A DNA stretch of 54,567 nt from a virus: positions 1 through 54,567 of the IMG/VR virus record IMGVR_UViG_3300048762_000248; one strand, written 5' to 3'. Position 1 is the first letter of the stretch. Every line of letters begins with the position of its first letter. The notes under the pieces were generated by a model. It worked only from the letters and a program-made list of their open reading frames with translations. It was not told the DNA's origin and did not search any database. Shown here piece after piece: positions 8,973-17,939 of this stretch. The translations under genes were made by a program, and so were the position numbers.

Positions 8973-9226
8973 GTGAGCAATCCTTTTGCGTCAAGTGCGG
9001 AAGCAATGGAATTATATTCGCCCGCTGCGCCACTCAATTTCAAAATCCATAATGGAAGCCCGTCATCTATGTCGTTCGGCGGCAATTTTCCAGTTGGAAC
9101 TACAAGAAACTTATGTTCGCCATGGTACAGCCGGGACCACAGTTCGTATTCGCCACGAAGGTATATTGCGGTCGCTGCACTCACGAGCATTTTTTCCCAC
9201 TGTGTTGTTGTGTCCATTTTACTCAT
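8951..9226 (-). CDS. hypothetical protein
   Basis: start placed at ATG 9226 which forms an ATGA overlap with the stop of the upstream PEP-CTERM gene. Confidence 0.3.
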   Translation of the reverse strand: MSKMDTTTQWEKMLVSAATAIYLRGEYELWSRLYHGEHKFLVVPTGKLPPNDIDDGLPLWILKLSGAAGEYNSIASALDAKGLLTWKADEL

Positions 9227-10461
9227 GGTTTCGATCCTTTTTTCTTTTTCAGAATTACAAGTATAAGCCCTGCGCCAAGTAACCAAATTGAATTCGGTTC
9301 GGGTGTAATTGTTGGCGGTGTTGGTGGCGTTATGTCGCAACACAATGGCGGTGGCGGAAGTTCACAGCACGGCGGTGTCACGGGTGGCGTCACAGGTGGC
9401 GTTGGTGGTGCTGGCGGCACAGGTGGCGTTGGTGGCACTGGTGGCGGCACAGGTGGCGTTGGTGGCACTGGCGGCGTCACAGGTGGCGTTGGTGGTGCTG
9501 GCGGCACAGGTGGCGTTGGTGGCACTGGTGGCGTCACAGGTGGCGTTGGTGGCACTGGTGGCGTCACAGGTGGCGTTGGTGGTGCTGGCGGCGTTACAGG
9601 TGGCGTCACAGGTGGCACTGGTGGTGTTGGTGGCGTTGGTGGCGTTGGTGGCACTGGTGGCATTGGTGGTACTGGTGGAGTCACAGGTGGCGGTGTCGTC
9701 GGTGTCACTGGACCAATTGGCGGAAATGGAACGAACGGAGGTATCGGATTGACAATGAACGGTGGCCCAACTGGTAACATTAGTAACGGAGGAAACGACC
9801 AAATCGGACCAGGACCAGGACCAATACTGCCCGTTAAGACAATAAACGGAGAAAATATGTCAGGTTGTAATGATCCAGGTGTTTGAGATGGCACCATTTC
9901 AATCGGAACCGGAATACCGGGAGGCGATACGTCAACGGTTTCCGTTGGAGGAAGATCAAACTCTTGTTCGGTTGGTTCATTTGGCTGAGTTGGCTCTTCA
10001 GGTGTTTTGGAAACACGATTGCCGCAACGAGCACGCACGGTATTTCTTCCATCGGATAAAAGTTGCTCACCAGCTTTGACTAGAAGTAATCTTTTTGTCC
10101 AGAATACCTTGTCACCGATACGATACGAGATGTAAGCCTTGGTGTCTTCTTTATTGGCGAAGGGCTTCAATTGCCGAATATTAATTCCCGCATAATGCGC
10201 CCGGACAACCGGATCTGAAACTTTCTGCGATGCGTCTTTGGCACTGTGGACTCCACCGGGTACAATAGAGTATGGATAGATCTTTGGTGAAACCGGATCG
10301 GTCATTGAAGTAGTCTTAGTTGCCCATAAAATCTTTTGAGACGCTTCGTGCTGCGGAGCGCACAGAAAAACAACGGCTAACGAAACAATCGGTATTGCAG
10401 TCAGCGCAAAAATCCTTAGCAGATTTTTGTGCCAATGCGTTCTGTGTTTTCGGCGCACCAT
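9223..10461 (-). CDS. PEP-CTERM-anchored secreted protein with long (PTPPV)n proline/threonine repeat
   Basis: N-terminal signal/anchor (LLRIFALTAIPIVSLAVVFLCA), globular region, about 110-aa TPPVPP repeat, C-terminus TPEPNSIWLLGAGLILVILKKKKGSKP (PEP + hydrophobic helix + basic tail). Confidence 0.6.
   Translation of the reverse strand: MVRRKHRTHWHKNLLRIFALTAIPIVSLAVVFLCAPQHEASQKILWATKTTSMTDPVSPKIYPYSIVPGGVHSAKDASQKVSDPVVRAHYAGINIRQLKPFANKEDTKAYISYRIGDKVFWTKRLLLVKAGEQLLSDGRNTVRARCGNRVSKTPEEPTQPNEPTEQEFDLPPTETVDVSPPGIPVPIEMVPSQTPGSLQPDIFSPFIVLTGSIGPGPGPIWSFPPLLMLPVGPPFIVNPIPPFVPFPPIGPVTPTTPPPVTPPVPPMPPVPPTPPTPPTPPVPPVTPPVTPPAPPTPPVTPPVPPTPPVTPPVPPTPPVPPAPPTPPVTPPVPPTPPVPPPVPPTPPVPPAPPTPPVTPPVTPPCCELPPPPLCCDITPPTPPTITPEPNSIWLLGAGLILVILKKKKGSKP
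9375..9710. repeat. tandem 30-nt (and shorter) GGTGGCGTCACAGGTGGCGTTGGTGGCACT-type repeats
   Basis: many near-identical 30-nt units visible directly; encode the TPPVPPTPPV repeat on the minus strand. Confidence 0.7.
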
Positions 10462-10466
10462 GATAT

Positions 10467-11003
10467 TTACTTCTTCGCAATCTGAGTAGTTGGAACCTTT
10501 GTGAAACCGGGTATTGGCACTTCTTCACAGGTCTTATCATTGCCGTCGTCGCCAATGGAAACCTTGAAGCAGCGAACTTCGGGCCGCTTTGTCTTCGGAT
10601 CGATTTTGCCGCAATCGACGGTGTAGCGGTATTCAATGTCCCACGGATCGGACATCATGATGCCAACAGAGATGAACTCCAGACGATTCTTGCGTGGGAC
10701 AGTGATGCTTTTATAACCCTCTGTAAAGTGTTTGTGGAGCTTGCCATCCGGCGATTGAAACATGTAATCGGTGGCAAACTCTTCCGCCAAATAGACTACA
10801 AACTTCGCTGCCAAATATGACGAATCGTAGAGGCGACTGTCCTTCAGCTTTTTGCAGAGAGTGATGAAATGCCAGAGGTCTCGACCATTACCAGAAGGGT
10901 AACCATCTGAATGCCTGTAGGCAATGGCTCCAACATATGCTTTACCAGTTTTTGGATCGATGTTGCTGGAGTCGATAAAATGCGTTGTAGATCGTGTGCT
11001 CAT
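10467..11003 (-). CDS. hypothetical protein
   Basis: 178-aa ORF immediately upstream of and co-directional with the PT-repeat PEP-CTERM gene. Confidence 0.45.
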   Translation of the reverse strand: MSTRSTTHFIDSSNIDPKTGKAYVGAIAYRHSDGYPSGNGRDLWHFITLCKKLKDSRLYDSSYLAAKFVVYLAEEFATDYMFQSPDGKLHKHFTEGYKSITVPRKNRLEFISVGIMMSDPWDIEYRYTVDCGKIDPKTKRPEVRCFKVSIGDDGNDKTCEEVPIPGFTKVPTTQIAKK

Positions 11004-11069
11004 AAAACCATGTTAGCACGATACATACATTAATGTCAAGAAGAAGATAAAATGAACAAAAATAAAGAC

Positions 11070-11345
11070 TTACCTACCGAAATTCTTCGTTTTAATCCAT
11101 GCAATCCATTTTTGAACATCCGGGTGAGCCTTCAATTTTTCGATGGTATTGTAATCTCGTTCCAATTCTTTTTCAGTGAACAGGGCGTGCATTTGATCGT
11201 GGCACGGGCGGCAGAGTGGCGTCTTGGTATTGCGTTCTTCGGACGTGGTTTCACGCTTTATTTTTCTATTATGTCGCATCCGTGGGATCAAATGATGTCC
11301 GGTGGTTTTGCATTTCTCTCGTTCACAAAGTTGGCATGTGCTCAT
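11070..11345 (-). CDS. small HNH-like nuclease (tentative)
   Basis: CQLCEREKC...GHHLIPRMRHN...CRPCHDQMH fits C..C...HH...N...C..CH..H; start taken at internal ATG abutting the upstream ORF stop. Confidence 0.4.
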   Translation of the reverse strand: MSTCQLCEREKCKTTGHHLIPRMRHNRKIKRETTSEERNTKTPLCRPCHDQMHALFTEKELERDYNTIEKLKAHPDVQKWIAWIKTKNFGR

Positions 11346-11346
11346 T

Positions 11347-11739
11347 TTATCTTGCTCCACAGTGACAATCGTTTGGAGGCTTGGCACCGTTCTTTTTTCC
11401 ACACCAAGGACAGACCTGACTTTCGGTGGTGCTTCGTACTTTCGGTCTTGCAAGAAACATATCTTTAGATGATGGTGCGATCTTGCAATGCTCGCACCAA
11501 CAATTTCCATCAACAAATGTCAAGGGATAAAAACAACTACAGCAATGGAGAACCATGCCGTTCATGCCGCCTGTCTCTATCATCTGCACTGGCATAACAT
11601 ATTCTACTGGAATATAATTTGTTGGAATGTATGTGCCAGTAAATGTTATTGGTGGATACGAAAATTCAAATTGTGGCGTTGCTTTCGATTCTGGCGCTTC
11701 GGTTCTGCAAAGCTCCAGCATTTCTTCAAGGTCAATCAT
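11347..11739 (-). CDS. Cys-rich hypothetical protein
   Basis: 130-aa ORF with CCSC, CWCEHC, CPWCG, CHCG clusters. Confidence 0.35.
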   Translation of the reverse strand: MIDLEEMLELCRTEAPESKATPQFEFSYPPITFTGTYIPTNYIPVEYVMPVQMIETGGMNGMVLHCCSCFYPLTFVDGNCWCEHCKIAPSSKDMFLARPKVRSTTESQVCPWCGKKNGAKPPNDCHCGAR

Positions 11740-11745
11740 GTGTTA

Positions 11746-12249
11746 CTACATTAGAAATTTCGGTTTTGGTTGTGTATCCAATATTTCTTTGTACAAAATT
11801 TGTTTACCGCTGTCCGTAAGTTTGTTGTAACCAGGATGTTTTGGATGAGAAGTAAACACATTATCTGGCGCAAGATATTCCATATGTCCTTTACGCCGTA
11901 AATTTTCACAATTGATGATAACAAGCGTACTGCTTGCGGCTTCGGAGATTGGATCTGTTGCTTCGAATTCAAGACCAAGTTTGTTGGCAACACGGAACAC
12001 AAGTTCAAAAATAAGATTCCGTGCAATTTCATCACTTTCATGACCGATGACAAGGGTTGCCAATGTATTGAATGCATCATCAGGAAGCAATTGGACAACC
12101 GTCTCCATGATACGTCCAGATTCATTACTACTGATGCGAATCAAGATTTCTCCAATCACTTCCATAACAGCTTTCGCAGCTACTTTACGAAGCTCTTCTG
12201 TTACGGCTGTTATGGTTATTCCAGGAGGTAAATTCATGTTAGTCGGCAC
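11746..12249 (-). CDS. hypothetical protein
   Basis: 167-aa ORF. Confidence 0.4.
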   Translation of the reverse strand: MPTNMNLPPGITITAVTEELRKVAAKAVMEVIGEILIRISSNESGRIMETVVQLLPDDAFNTLATLVIGHESDEIARNLIFELVFRVANKLGLEFEATDPISEAASSTLVIINCENLRRKGHMEYLAPDNVFTSHPKHPGYNKLTDSGKQILYKEILDTQPKPKFLM

Positions 12250-12892
12250 CTAATTTATATAGTTCAAAATCTTCATCTTCCATTTCCATAGAAGTGTCGC
12301 ATCCTGGACATAAAGGAAACCCAAGTTTCAGACTCTTGCGTGAGGCGGTAACTGTGTAATCACCGGCTTTTGCGACTTCGATGAGACGGCAAGATTTATC
12401 ACCATCACGAAATTTGGAACAATGAAGTTTGAAGCTCTTCTTACCAGTTGCTCGTTCTTTTTGAGTCTTTTCCGGGATCTTCAATGGTGAGTTGGGATAG
12501 TCGCCCAATTCTTCGGCCATCTTCTCACAGAAGGCAAGCAATTCGTCACCGGGCATGGCATGAATGGCTTTTCCTTCCAGCCCAACGCTAATCATGGCTT
12601 CTTTGAATTGTGGACCATGCTTGGCTGAATCATCGAGGGCGGAATGAAGTAATTCGTGGGCGAGGACACCAAGTGTTTCGACTGTGCTTTTAATAATAGG
12701 AGAAATGAAAATCTGTCGGCTTCCGTCAGCGCAACATGTAGAACTGAAACATTGTCCAAGTGTTTTTTTAGGATTTGTTGAAGGAAATCCACAAGATACC
12801 TTGATTTCAGGAATATGCAGTTTGTTGCGTTCAAATAGTGGTCTGAATTTTTCGACCGCATTCAATAAATATTTTTCACGTTCTGTTAGCAT
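12239..12892 (-). CDS. HExxH zinc-metallopeptidase-like protein with C-terminal zinc ribbon (SprT/WLM-like, tentative)
   Basis: LAHELLHSAL HExxH motif followed by CSKF...CPGCD ribbon. Confidence 0.45.
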   Translation of the reverse strand: MLTEREKYLLNAVEKFRPLFERNKLHIPEIKVSCGFPSTNPKKTLGQCFSSTCCADGSRQIFISPIIKSTVETLGVLAHELLHSALDDSAKHGPQFKEAMISVGLEGKAIHAMPGDELLAFCEKMAEELGDYPNSPLKIPEKTQKERATGKKSFKLHCSKFRDGDKSCRLIEVAKAGDYTVTASRKSLKLGFPLCPGCDTSMEMEDEDFELYKLGAD

Positions 12893-13099
12893 AATTTCAT
12901 TATATCACAATTTTCGTGCTAAATAGAAACGGCTGCATGTGAATGTCTAGTTCGCATACAGCCTAAACAAAGCACTTTGGAGAGCGCAATGTCTGACGAT
13001 AATTTATCATCGAAATTTTATGAAGGGAAGCCGTGCCGGAAGTGATGTGTCATGTACTCAAAGGAACCAAAATTATTGATTATCGTAAATCTCATAAAA

Positions 13100-13336
13100 T
13101 TATTCAATAGGACACCACTTTGCTTTTTGCGAAGGTGGATTGTTTCTGACATCCGAATTTTCGAGCAAATCTAATAAACCTTGAACGATTATTTTTGACA
13201 TTGGATCGGCGGATGAGTTTTTCAAGACTACCCGAAGTGCCATCACAAAGGCAAAGGCATTGTCACCTCTTATAAACACGCCCGGCCAATCTCCTTCAAA
13301 TTCAAGCACACCAGTTTCGGCTCTTTGTTGTTCCAT
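13100..13336 (-). CDS. hypothetical protein
   Basis: 78-aa ORF. Confidence 0.3.
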   Translation of the reverse strand: MEQQRAETGVLEFEGDWPGVFIRGDNAFAFVMALRVVLKNSSADPMSKIIVQGLLDLLENSDVRNNPPSQKAKWCPIE

Positions 13337-13606
13337 CTAAATACCCCTATGATATTTGGTTATGAAGAAAGTCAAGATTACGCACAGCTTCCCGGCTTCG
13401 ATAAGCTGACGCCAGAGCAACAAAAATACGTTCACGAAGAATACGAACGTGCCTACAATAAATCAAAGCATCTTGGTATAAAAGTTGCAATGGGCAAAGG
13501 TTGTCAAACTGCCAAGGTCGCTTTAGAACAATTCCAAGAAGAGAAAAAGGTGAAGCAGCAACCTACGCCGCCGTCTATTTTTTCTGGTCTGGAGAATTGT
13601 CAGTAA
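13325..13606 (+). CDS. hypothetical protein
   Basis: 93-aa ORF. Confidence 0.35.
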   Translation: MLFHLNTPMIFGYEESQDYAQLPGFDKLTPEQQKYVHEEYERAYNKSKHLGIKVAMGKGCQTAKVALEQFQEEKKVKQQPTPPSIFSGLENCQ

Positions 13607-13747
13607 AACTTCCTTCAACTGTAATTGTCCATGTAGGCGACAGGCTCATCGCATTTTTTATACACACTAACAACTCTTCATCAGTCTCAGCAGTGCATTG
13701 TCCCGCACCGTTTAGTGTAAAATGTGGTCTTATTTTATAGATCATTC

Positions 13748-14518
13748 TCACTGAGCTACCTCATCTTCATCCAAGCCAAACTTTTTGAAATCAAACGGCA
13801 CAGTTTTAGCTTTACCACTTTTGATATCATCGGCCATGCCAGTTAGTTCTTCGATGAATGCTTTGTTCTCTTTCGGTCCACCGTGAAACGAAATGTCGTA
13901 GTAGATGCAATCTAGAAATTCCAATAGTGAACAGGTAATAGTCGCTGGCGGCAGTATGTCATCCATTTTGTTAAAGTTTGAATCAAACTGAATAAGAGGA
14001 TCAATTTTTACTGTCGCATTGACAAGTTCGTTCATTGGTGTGTAAGAGATTCCATAGCTCTGTCCGCTCTTTGCTGTACCACTGAAGTGCCACCAGATGC
14101 CTTCAAAACTCGCAAAGACAAGCCACCAATTTTTGTGAAACTCTCCGAAGGCTTTCACAACCACTTCCACAATGGGATCTTCTTCACCTTCATGCACTGG
14201 AACCAATGTGCAATATTCGTCTAGGACAAATTCGCTGGCTTCAATAAATGGTTCACGTGGAATTTTTGCTGCGGCATGAAATTCATGGATCGGAGCGCAC
14301 CAGGAATAAAGTGCGATGAAATTCATGAGCGGAACATCCGCTTCAACAGCGTTAAAAACATCACCAAGGGTTACGTCGGGTTCAATTTCGACACGGGTGC
14401 GGAGGTTGATGATGTTGCCAGTTGGGTGCGGATTCGGATCGGGAACGTATTCTTGTTTTTCACCATCCCAATCGAATGCAACGAGACCGTTTTTTGTGAA
14501 TCGAATAAAATCTGACAT
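13748..14518 (-). CDS. hypothetical protein
   Basis: 256-aa ORF, Trp/Phe-rich, no motif recognised. Confidence 0.45.
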   Translation of the reverse strand: MSDFIRFTKNGLVAFDWDGEKQEYVPDPNPHPTGNIINLRTRVEIEPDVTLGDVFNAVEADVPLMNFIALYSWCAPIHEFHAAAKIPREPFIEASEFVLDEYCTLVPVHEGEEDPIVEVVVKAFGEFHKNWWLVFASFEGIWWHFSGTAKSGQSYGISYTPMNELVNATVKIDPLIQFDSNFNKMDDILPPATITCSLLEFLDCIYYDISFHGGPKENKAFIEELTGMADDIKSGKAKTVPFDFKKFGLDEDEVAQ

Positions 14519-14877
14519 TTATTTAAGCATACCATATCCAGAAAAAATGTCAAATTGAATTTATATACCTGTTGCGTTCTCGATGAAAGTTTGCTATCCT
14601 AAGCTGTATGGACGTGAAAGTTAAATTCACATTTTGGCGCAATTTTTCTTGGCCGCATCGAGGCGATCTGGTTTGCGTTCATGTGATTGGACCAATGAAT
14701 TTCAAATCGGCTTTCGTTGCGAATTCAAACCACGAACGTTTACAAAGTCAGTTGCCGCTAAACATCCAAGTCAAAATGGAGCTTGACAAAAATGCAGAAT
14801 TGTGCAATGATAGATATTATCGTGGAATATTGTTGTAGCAAAGTGTGATGCCGGGTTCGAGATTGACCCGTAAATAA

Positions 14878-14957
14878 GCGCCGTTCGTCAAGTTTGGTCT
14901 AAGACATCAGGCCGCAACCCTGAAATTTCGGGGGTTCAAATCCCTCACGGCGCTCCA
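14878..14957 (+). tRNA. tRNA, anticodon GCA (Cys) by hand folding, CCA encoded
   Basis: acceptor GCGCCGT/ACGGCGC perfect 7 bp, anticodon stem TCAGG/CCTGA with loop CCGCAAC, T-arm GGGGG-TTCAAAT-CCCTC, ends TCCA; D-arm weak and position 33 is C (atypical); the antisense translation gives the REGFEPP signature in the overlapping ORF. Confidence 0.6.
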
Positions 14958-15648
14958 TCTTCTTTCTTCTACTTAATCTTCCGTTTCCCATATTACGAGA
15001 TCCAAATGTAGATGTTTGCGAGTGACAATTGGGGCAAAGAAATCTTAAATTTTCAAGTCTGTTATTGCGGCAGTTTCCGTCTTTGTGGTCAACTTGCAAT
15101 ATTAATATTTGATGATTCCATTCTGCTCCGACACCACAAGATGAACATGTATAGGAAACTCCAAGAATTATCATTGCTCTTTTTAAATATTTGGAATGTA
15201 CTTCTGCATATTTTTCTAAGATTTTTTCATTTATTCTTACTGTACTTAAATGACATTTAGTGCTGCAATACATTTTTGCCCAAGGGTTAATTGGAAGATT
15301 ACAAACAACACAAAGTTTTTGTTCATTTTTCCGACGATTTGAAAATTTTTCTTTTTGAATTTGACTTTTTGGATTGGCAGCATAATATTTTTTTGATGCG
15401 ATTTCTTTTTGAATTTCGCTCCAATTATTTCGTACACGATGCTTGTTTGAGAAACTGGCAGCGCACGACTGATTACAAAATTTTTTTTGTCTTGTATCGG
15501 CAATTGCATGTTTACCGTCTTTGATTTTAATTATTTGATTACATTGACGACAAATATTTGGATTGGCATAATATTTTTCTAATGCTCGTTGCTTTTGGAG
15601 CGGATTGATTTTCCATGCTCCTAATCGACCAGCTTCGCTATGTGTCAT
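14899..15648 (-). CDS. HNH homing endonuclease
   Basis: VDHKDGNCRNNRLENLRFLCPNCHSQ HNH motif plus N-terminal Cys-rich region; 3' end runs 59 nt antisense through the tRNA. Confidence 0.7.
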   Translation of the reverse strand: MTHSEAGRLGAWKINPLQKQRALEKYYANPNICRQCNQIIKIKDGKHAIADTRQKKFCNQSCAASFSNKHRVRNNWSEIQKEIASKKYYAANPKSQIQKEKFSNRRKNEQKLCVVCNLPINPWAKMYCSTKCHLSTVRINEKILEKYAEVHSKYLKRAMIILGVSYTCSSCGVGAEWNHQILILQVDHKDGNCRNNRLENLRFLCPNCHSQTSTFGSRNMGNGRLSRRKKMERREGFEPPKFQGCGLMS

Positions 15649-15667
15649 ACTTGAAATCCTCTAACGG

Positions 15668-15675
15668 TATTTATA
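15668..15675 (-). promoter_or_regulatory. T4 late-promoter-like TATAAATA box
   Basis: minus-strand TATAAATA, then 19 nt containing GAGGA RBS, then ATG 15648 of the HNH gene. Confidence 0.45.
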
Positions 15676-15681
15676 CACCAT

Positions 15682-16017
15682 TTGTTTCAAGTCCCACACC
15701 ATGCTATAATACTCTTAATGGGCAACCATATCAAAGGTCTGTTGGCAGGCGAAAAGTTCAACGGCAAACACAGCACGGTAATCCCGGACGCTGTAATCGC
15801 CATTGAAGCGGCGAAGGTATGTCAATATGTCAGTAAAATCGCTCTCGGTTTTATTAAGCCAATTCGTCCATCACAACGCCATCTTAAATTCACAAATACG
15901 ACTGGCTGCTTAAAAATGCAAGTCCGTGGTATCAACGCAGTCCAAATCATTTGGGTTTACACTACAGAGCCAGATAAAGTCATAGCAGAAATTACAAAGA
16001 AATGGAACCTACGATGA
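15682..16017 (+). CDS. hypothetical protein
   Basis: 111-aa ORF, TATAAT at 15706 upstream of an internal ATG 15721. Confidence 0.3.
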   Translation: MFQVPHHAIILLMGNHIKGLLAGEKFNGKHSTVIPDAVIAIEAAKVCQYVSKIALGFIKPIRPSQRHLKFTNTTGCLKMQVRGINAVQIIWVYTTEPDKVIAEITKKWNLR

Positions 16018-16041
16018 ATAAAAAAGTTTACATAGTACTTC

Positions 16042-16389
16042 TTGAAGGCGGTGGCGATATCTAGACCAGGAGACATTCGACTGGATTTGTTCAGACGATA
16101 TGGGTCAGCCGGAATGCGTGATGAATCGTCCTGGATTGACCAACTTGTACCGGCTTCGCAAGTGGCGAAGATGAAAGTGGAGCACGCAGAAACCTTTAAA
16201 AAGGGTTGGTGTAGTAATGAAGAATTTGGTGGTCTCGATTTAACCCGTGGTTCTTGGGACAATGACCGTGCCATCGCAGCGTGTCCAGCGGACGGCTACG
16301 ATACCTATTCCAGCGTCAAGGAAGCCCTACAAGCGATTAAGAAGCAGGGCGACGAACTGGAAGATGAATATAATGGATGCATGTACTGA
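16042..16389 (+). CDS. hypothetical acidic protein
   Basis: 115-aa ORF. Confidence 0.35.
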   Translation: MKAVAISRPGDIRLDLFRRYGSAGMRDESSWIDQLVPASQVAKMKVEHAETFKKGWCSNEEFGGLDLTRGSWDNDRAIAACPADGYDTYSSVKEALQAIKKQGDELEDEYNGCMY

Positions 16390-16427
16390 AGGGCTTGAAT
16401 GCCATGTTTGAATTTTTTACGACTAGA

Positions 16428-16706
16428 TCAAGCTGGAGTGTTGGTTTTTCCAGCCCAAAGTGCGTCTCTTTGAGATGCAACGCTTTGATTTGTTGACTTT
16501 TTCCCCGCTTCGCATTGCCAGCACGGAAGGTCGAAAACTTTACTGGTTCCTTTAATGTCGATGTGAACATTTCCAGTTCCACGACACATATTGCATTTTG
16601 GCGTTCTGGGTTTTCTGACTTTCTTTATTGGGTCAGGAACGGGATTTGGTTTTTCGTCGTCTTCCTTGATGAATGCTTTGAAAGTCATGATTGTATTTAC
16701 ATACAC
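16428..16706 (-). CDS. small protein with DnaJ-type CxxCxGxG zinc finger
   Basis: CNMCRGTGNV...CWQCEAG. Confidence 0.4.
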   Translation of the reverse strand: MYVNTIMTFKAFIKEDDEKPNPVPDPIKKVRKPRTPKCNMCRGTGNVHIDIKGTSKVFDLPCWQCEAGKKSTNQSVASQRDALWAGKTNTPA

Positions 16707-16736
16707 AGTGGTTTGGTGATTTTATTTGATTTTATT

Positions 16737-17939
16737 TCACTCATTAACCATTACCTTTTCAAAACGGTATCCACGTTTTGTTGATCGGTTTTGTTTCATT
16801 GCAATTCTTGCTGTTGCTTCATCCATTTTATGAAATTCACAGAATTCTTTGAGATTAACAATACTTTGTTCTTCTCCTGTTGGAAGTGTCACAGTATAAG
16901 TAAATTTACGAGTGGCTTGACTAATTTTTTGTTTTGTCTCTTTTGATAAGTGAGTATTGGTTTTTTGGTTAGCCAATTCTTGACGCCGCTTTGGTGTCCA
17001 TGATGCGCTAACTGATGCTGCTAGTTTTTGTTTGGTTTCTTTAGAAACGCTTTTTCCATGTATGTCCGTTGCAAATCGGCATTTAAATCCTTTGTGAGAT
17101 TGTCGTTGTCCTATTGCGGTCATACGAAGTGTGCCTTGACTCAAATTGTGGTCTCGTGCAAATGCTGAAAGATTAGTGACTGTTAGTTCTTCTCCGTTTG
17201 GAGTGGTCACAATGTATGTTATACTTCGATGCTCTGCCGTCCATGTATTTGGCTTTCCGGTGTTCCAAGAAGGTAATCCTTTTTTAGCAACTGACATTTT
17301 TTGTCGGGTTTCTTCGGACATGTTACGAAGTCGATCTAACATTTTTTGTCTATTATCCGTCCATTGGTCTATTGACATTTGACGACATTGTTCTCGCTGC
17401 TCGTCGGTTACCATTGCTTTTGTGGTTTCAGACATTTTGCGTTTGGCTTCGACTGTGTGGTGTTTGCCTTTCATTGGAGCAATACCGCCGTTAGTGTAAT
17501 ATGCTCTAACACCTTCGCTTATTGTATGACGAACTTCAGGATCGGACATTCTCTCTTTTGTATGTTCTGAGATGAGTTTCTTTTCTTCTTTGGTTTTAGG
17601 GCGGAAACGACCATCTTTAATTCCATAAGCGGAATTCCAATTGGCACCTGTTAATTCTCGTTTGAGATTATAACCATGTTCAGTTACATGACTCTTGTGT
17701 TGTCGAATCAATTCAGGTTCGACATATTTTAACATGTCGAGTTTATTTTTTCCACAACAGATTATTTCAAATGAAAAATTTTCAACACCATGTTTCCGAA
17801 TTGCTTCATGGACCGCATAACCCCGCTTATGAGCGGCATCACGGCGGTGTTCCCGCCAGCGTTGTTGTGGATCGGTAGCAAATCCCACATACTTTTTCCC
17901 ATTAACATGATTAGTGATAAGATAGCAAGAATAGACCAT
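16737..17939 (-). CDS. GIY-YIG homing endonuclease with NUMOD3-like repeats
   Basis: VYSCYLITNHVNGKKYVGFATDPQQRWREH GIY-YIG core and at least five S.ET.QK.S.A.KG repeats. Confidence 0.8.
   Translation of the reverse strand: MVYSCYLITNHVNGKKYVGFATDPQQRWREHRRDAAHKRGYAVHEAIRKHGVENFSFEIICCGKNKLDMLKYVEPELIRQHKSHVTEHGYNLKRELTGANWNSAYGIKDGRFRPKTKEEKKLISEHTKERMSDPEVRHTISEGVRAYYTNGGIAPMKGKHHTVEAKRKMSETTKAMVTDEQREQCRQMSIDQWTDNRQKMLDRLRNMSEETRQKMSVAKKGLPSWNTGKPNTWTAEHRSITYIVTTPNGEELTVTNLSAFARDHNLSQGTLRMTAIGQRQSHKGFKCRFATDIHGKSVSKETKQKLAASVSASWTPKRRQELANQKTNTHLSKETKQKISQATRKFTYTVTLPTGEEQSIVNLKEFCEFHKMDEATARIAMKQNRSTKRGYRFEKVMVNE

Noticed and set aside
9375-9710. Possible CRISPR array suggested by regular 30-nt repeats
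   Set aside because: The repeats are contiguous with no unique spacers and are in-frame coding sequence for a proline-rich stalk. The same applies to 25440..25690.
9113-9886. 257-aa Gly-rich (GGVTGGVGG)n ORF on the plus strand
   Set aside because: It is the antisense reading of the PT-repeat. The minus-strand ORF has signal peptide, PEP-CTERM tail and operon context, so the plus ORF is a repeat-induced artefact.
12935-12965. 12-bp hairpin GCTGCATGTGAA-N7-TTCGCATACAGC as a terminator
   Set aside because: It lies upstream of the minus-strand gene start and has no T-run on either side. It may still be a regulatory structure, but there is no supporting context.
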